A DNA stretch of 64,000 nt, taken from Iphione sp. A-MEVVRFRX5 (taxonomy: Eukaryota). The notes below the pieces were generated by a model that did not search any database, had not been told where the DNA came from, and worked only from the letters and a program-made list of their open reading frames with translations. This document shows positions 60,932 to 64,000 of the stretch, one piece after another. Each line of letters starts with the position of its first letter. The first letter of the stretch is position 1. A program made the translations under genes and the position numbers. The stretch spans positions 33,790,001 through 33,854,000 of the forward strand of contig OZ320321.1 in NCBI GenBank assembly GCA_976226885.1, in the 5' to 3' direction.

Positions 60932-63900
60932 CTTCCCCCACCTTAAGAGGGAAAACAGGGTTTTCACTCACCTATACTTACCAACTTTTCTCCGAAAGAC
61001 CTTTCGGAATTTCTGGACTTATACCTATTCACACAAGAAATTTTCAACAGCAACTCGTTTCAACCTTCATTCTTAATTCCTAAGACATGGTTAATATCTT
61101 AATATTCTTAATACCTAAGACATGGTTAGTATAACTCCACTGAATGGTTTCACTAGTCTGTCCGCTACCGCTTGCAACCACTAATTTAGATTGTTGGAGG
61201 ATAGGGCTCTTTCAGTCATTTCTTGAAGCTGTTGATTGTTGGGCAGCTGCTCAAGATTTCCCGAGAGATGGGCTACACCTGTGTCCTGCAAGTCTCTAGG
61301 AGGATCCCTAGCTGGTGCAGCCACAACCTACGGCGTCTTCGGAGGATGAGCACGTGGTGTTGTTACTGGAGCTTCCTTACGCGGATCTTCTCCGTCATGC
61401 TCGCTTCCGACATCCTCTGTCTCTGTCATCGTGACAGTCGACTGATCTGGTTGATCTACCTGGGAGATACTGGGCCGGTCTGGGGAGTCCTTCTCGACTC
61501 CATGCCGTACCGAAGTTGTGAGGTCAGGTAAACTCACATCCGAATCCTCTTCCTCCGAGCGTCGCACTCCAAAAACCTTCTTTGCTTGGTGACTGGGTAA
61601 TTTCCGAGTGCTGGATTCTACCGAGTCTCCGCAGTCCATCTCTTCTTCCCCCTTAGTTCGTTTTCGGAGAGGTGTTGGTTCTTCCTCCCTTGCACGCCAA
61701 TCCTGCATGAGCCCAACAGCAAAGACTCGCATTTTTTCTGTTGCTGTGGTATCCACCCCATCCCGAACTTTGATTATCTTTCCCATTTCCGATTCCATTT
61801 TTCCCCATACCGTCTTCCAACAAATGTGAATTCTCTGTCGTTTCTCTTGCCTTCAATTCGTAGATTTTGCTTCTCCCCATTTTCTTTTCCGATGATTGTG
61901 TCCCTTTTTACATGTTCTTTTCTTGTTCTCATTTTCAGGGCTACTGCTCACCTGCCTCTGTGATGTTTCTGGTGTAACCCTCGAAGTACATCTCTTACTC
62001 TGAGAAATGCTGTGCTAGCATTTGTGGATGCTGGAGTCGCCCTTCGCATAAGTGTGTTGGCAATTTCCTCACGCTTCCTACCAGAACGTCCTCCTAGATC
62101 GTTCTTCCTTCCTACTCCCACCCCCTGGCCTCACCATCGAGAATGTTTCGTTCTCGTGTCGTTTGCTGGAGAGTCGAGCCCGAACTCGGCGCGGCAAGTC
62201 AACCTACCACACCCCGAGACATCTACTGGCGCGAATCAAGACTTCCAGTTGACGGTTCATGTCTGCCTTATTCCTCCGATTCACGCCCCGTGCCCCCTGG
62301 CTCTCTCCAACGAGGATGATGATGAAGGGGAAGCAGATACTGCGCCAATCCTGCAGGCCTGGCCACATCCACGCTTCCGTGTTACAACTGAACGTCGATG
62401 GTACATTTATCATCTTCTCTTTTGCCGTGGTTCAGTTGTCAGCTACATTGGTTCTCGCTTACTCACTACTCCCTATGATCTGGTCCCAAAACTCCCGTTT
62501 GACAATGGAAATTTATTCTATCACCTGTATTTCCTTCTCTACTTCCAACATCTTCACCTCTCCGGCTTCCCCAGCAGATGCTCTGGGAGATTTTGGCGAT
62601 GTAGCTCATGTAGAGGAAGACATAACTCCCCTGCTCTTTGCTAACAGCTCTGAGCATGTGCAAGCACGGACACATCAAGGAGGCCTAGACCAATACATCC
62701 GCTTGGTTCTACTTGGCTAGCTTCGGAGAAGAGATGAACATTCTCTCCGATTCTCTTCCGATTCGGTGGTGACCAGAACGTTTCACACCCCTCCTCCTTC
62801 CGAAGCCTCCTTGTTGTGTTACACAGAGTTATCGTCGGGGGACGAGCCCGACCAATAACTCCCCCTGCCGCAAGGTAAGTTGTCACCAGTCCAAGGCCCA
62901 CCAAAGTCAATCAGACTTGTCTGGATTTCTGCATGGCCTTTCTTACCCATTTCGACAACCGCCCACCAAGATACGGGTGGACTCTGTTTTTGTGCACAAC
63001 CGTCCTCTTCCCGTGCTTATTCGCATGTCACCTCTTACAGGTGTAGACAGCTCAATTCCCTCTCCTGCAGTTGCTGGTGTTTGCAGCTTACCATAGTCAT
63101 ACAAGACCATTGTTCGGAATTGCTTATTTCCAAAGTTTCGCTGATCGTATAGCGCTGATCACATAATCTTCATGTGACAAAATTTCCTGTAGCTGAGAAT
63201 TTCTTTCCCCAAATCCATGCAGGACTTGATGTAGTGTCCCACTTACAAACTTCAAATCTTCAGGTAACCGTTTAATCCCATGACAAATTAAATCGCTCAT
63301 TCTGCTACCCACATGACTGGAGGATTAATCCGATAACTTCATCTTGTCATTGCTTTCGGAATTTTCCCCTCAGAGACAACTTGACAAATCACTTGTAGTG
63401 TTCTTCTGGCTTCTTGACCACAAAGACCCTCTTTCGACTATTCCTCCCAATGGAGCAATACTTTTGATCGTCAGGGTGGTTTCATGATGTTACATTACAT
63501 GCCTGCCTTGATCAAGTTCACACAAGACGGAGGACCTTCTTCCAAAGAAAACTTAACTTGCCCCTCTTCATCCGTTGGTACTGGGGATCGTAGAGCCAAA
63601 TCAGGGCAATTTTCAGGATTTTTCCGGTGTCGTACTCGTTGGCCATACTCTGTCTTTTACTCTTCTGCAGGTTTTCCGAACTTATTCACAAACGACTACT
63701 ACTGTCATCCGCGTTCGCCGCTGCAACTCCGACGTGCAAAGAGTGCCATCCGCCTTCCATCACCCCTCCGGGCGGAAGCTTCTTGTAACCGCCCTCAAAG
63801 TTTTCTTTCTTCGGAACAAAACTCGGCAAGTCGCAGATTTCTTCGACCGCCGGAAGCATTATCATCGTTCCGAGGCTCACACCAGTGTCTTCTTCAAGTG

Positions 63901-64000
63901 TCTTCTGCTATCCCAATGATTCTTCTCCCATTGTGTCACCCTTCGAGGAAACACACAACCAAAGTCGGGTACATGTTCAATAATTTGAATCTTCTCAGTG
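60932..64000 (-). mobile_element. Decayed 3' internal region of the LTR element (non-pol ORF remnants), runs off the window
   Basis: GC-richer, purine-biased ORF fragments on the minus strand, including a 156-aa acidic/Ser-rich ORF (61798-61328) and Cys-rich and hydrophobic fragments (64000-62850); no RT or integrase motifs seen in the window. Confidence 0.6.

Noticed and set aside
62012-62720. 210-aa and 153-aa plus-strand ORFs
   Set aside because: Antisense to the LTR element's sense strand, compositionally biased and without recognisable motifs.

Overview
Eukaryotic (animal, probably a marine invertebrate with intron-rich genes; inference) repeat-rich genomic DNA. No prokaryotic features, CRISPR arrays or rRNA/tRNA genes were recognised. 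Main contents: (1) a compact, very young tyrosine-recombinase retrotransposon of the Ngaro/PAT split-direct-repeat type on the minus strand (22832-27460: A1-gag-RT/RNaseH-YR-B1-A2-spacer-B2). Its only three ORF disruptions are +1 slips in G/C homopolymers, and one 6-bp core (CACACC) sits at both ends and at the internal B1/A2 junction. (2) The 3' two-thirds of a classical calpain gene on the minus strand (14 exons reconstructed, 57686 to 34958, all GT-AG and phase-consistent), with degenerate EF-hands, two micro-exons and a tandem array of decayed copies of one of its own exons. (3) The 3' LTR, PPT and more than 3 kb of decayed, possibly envelope-like internal ORFs of an LTR retroelement (60426 to window end). 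(4) Two spliced exons of a C-type lectin domain, two decayed fibrinogen-related-domain relics and a weak sushi-like relic. (5) Two head-to-head decayed CR1/L2-type LINEs, one carrying a solo LTR, plus MITEs, minisatellites and microsatellites. All alignments and translations were done by eye; family assignments need HMM/BLAST confirmation.
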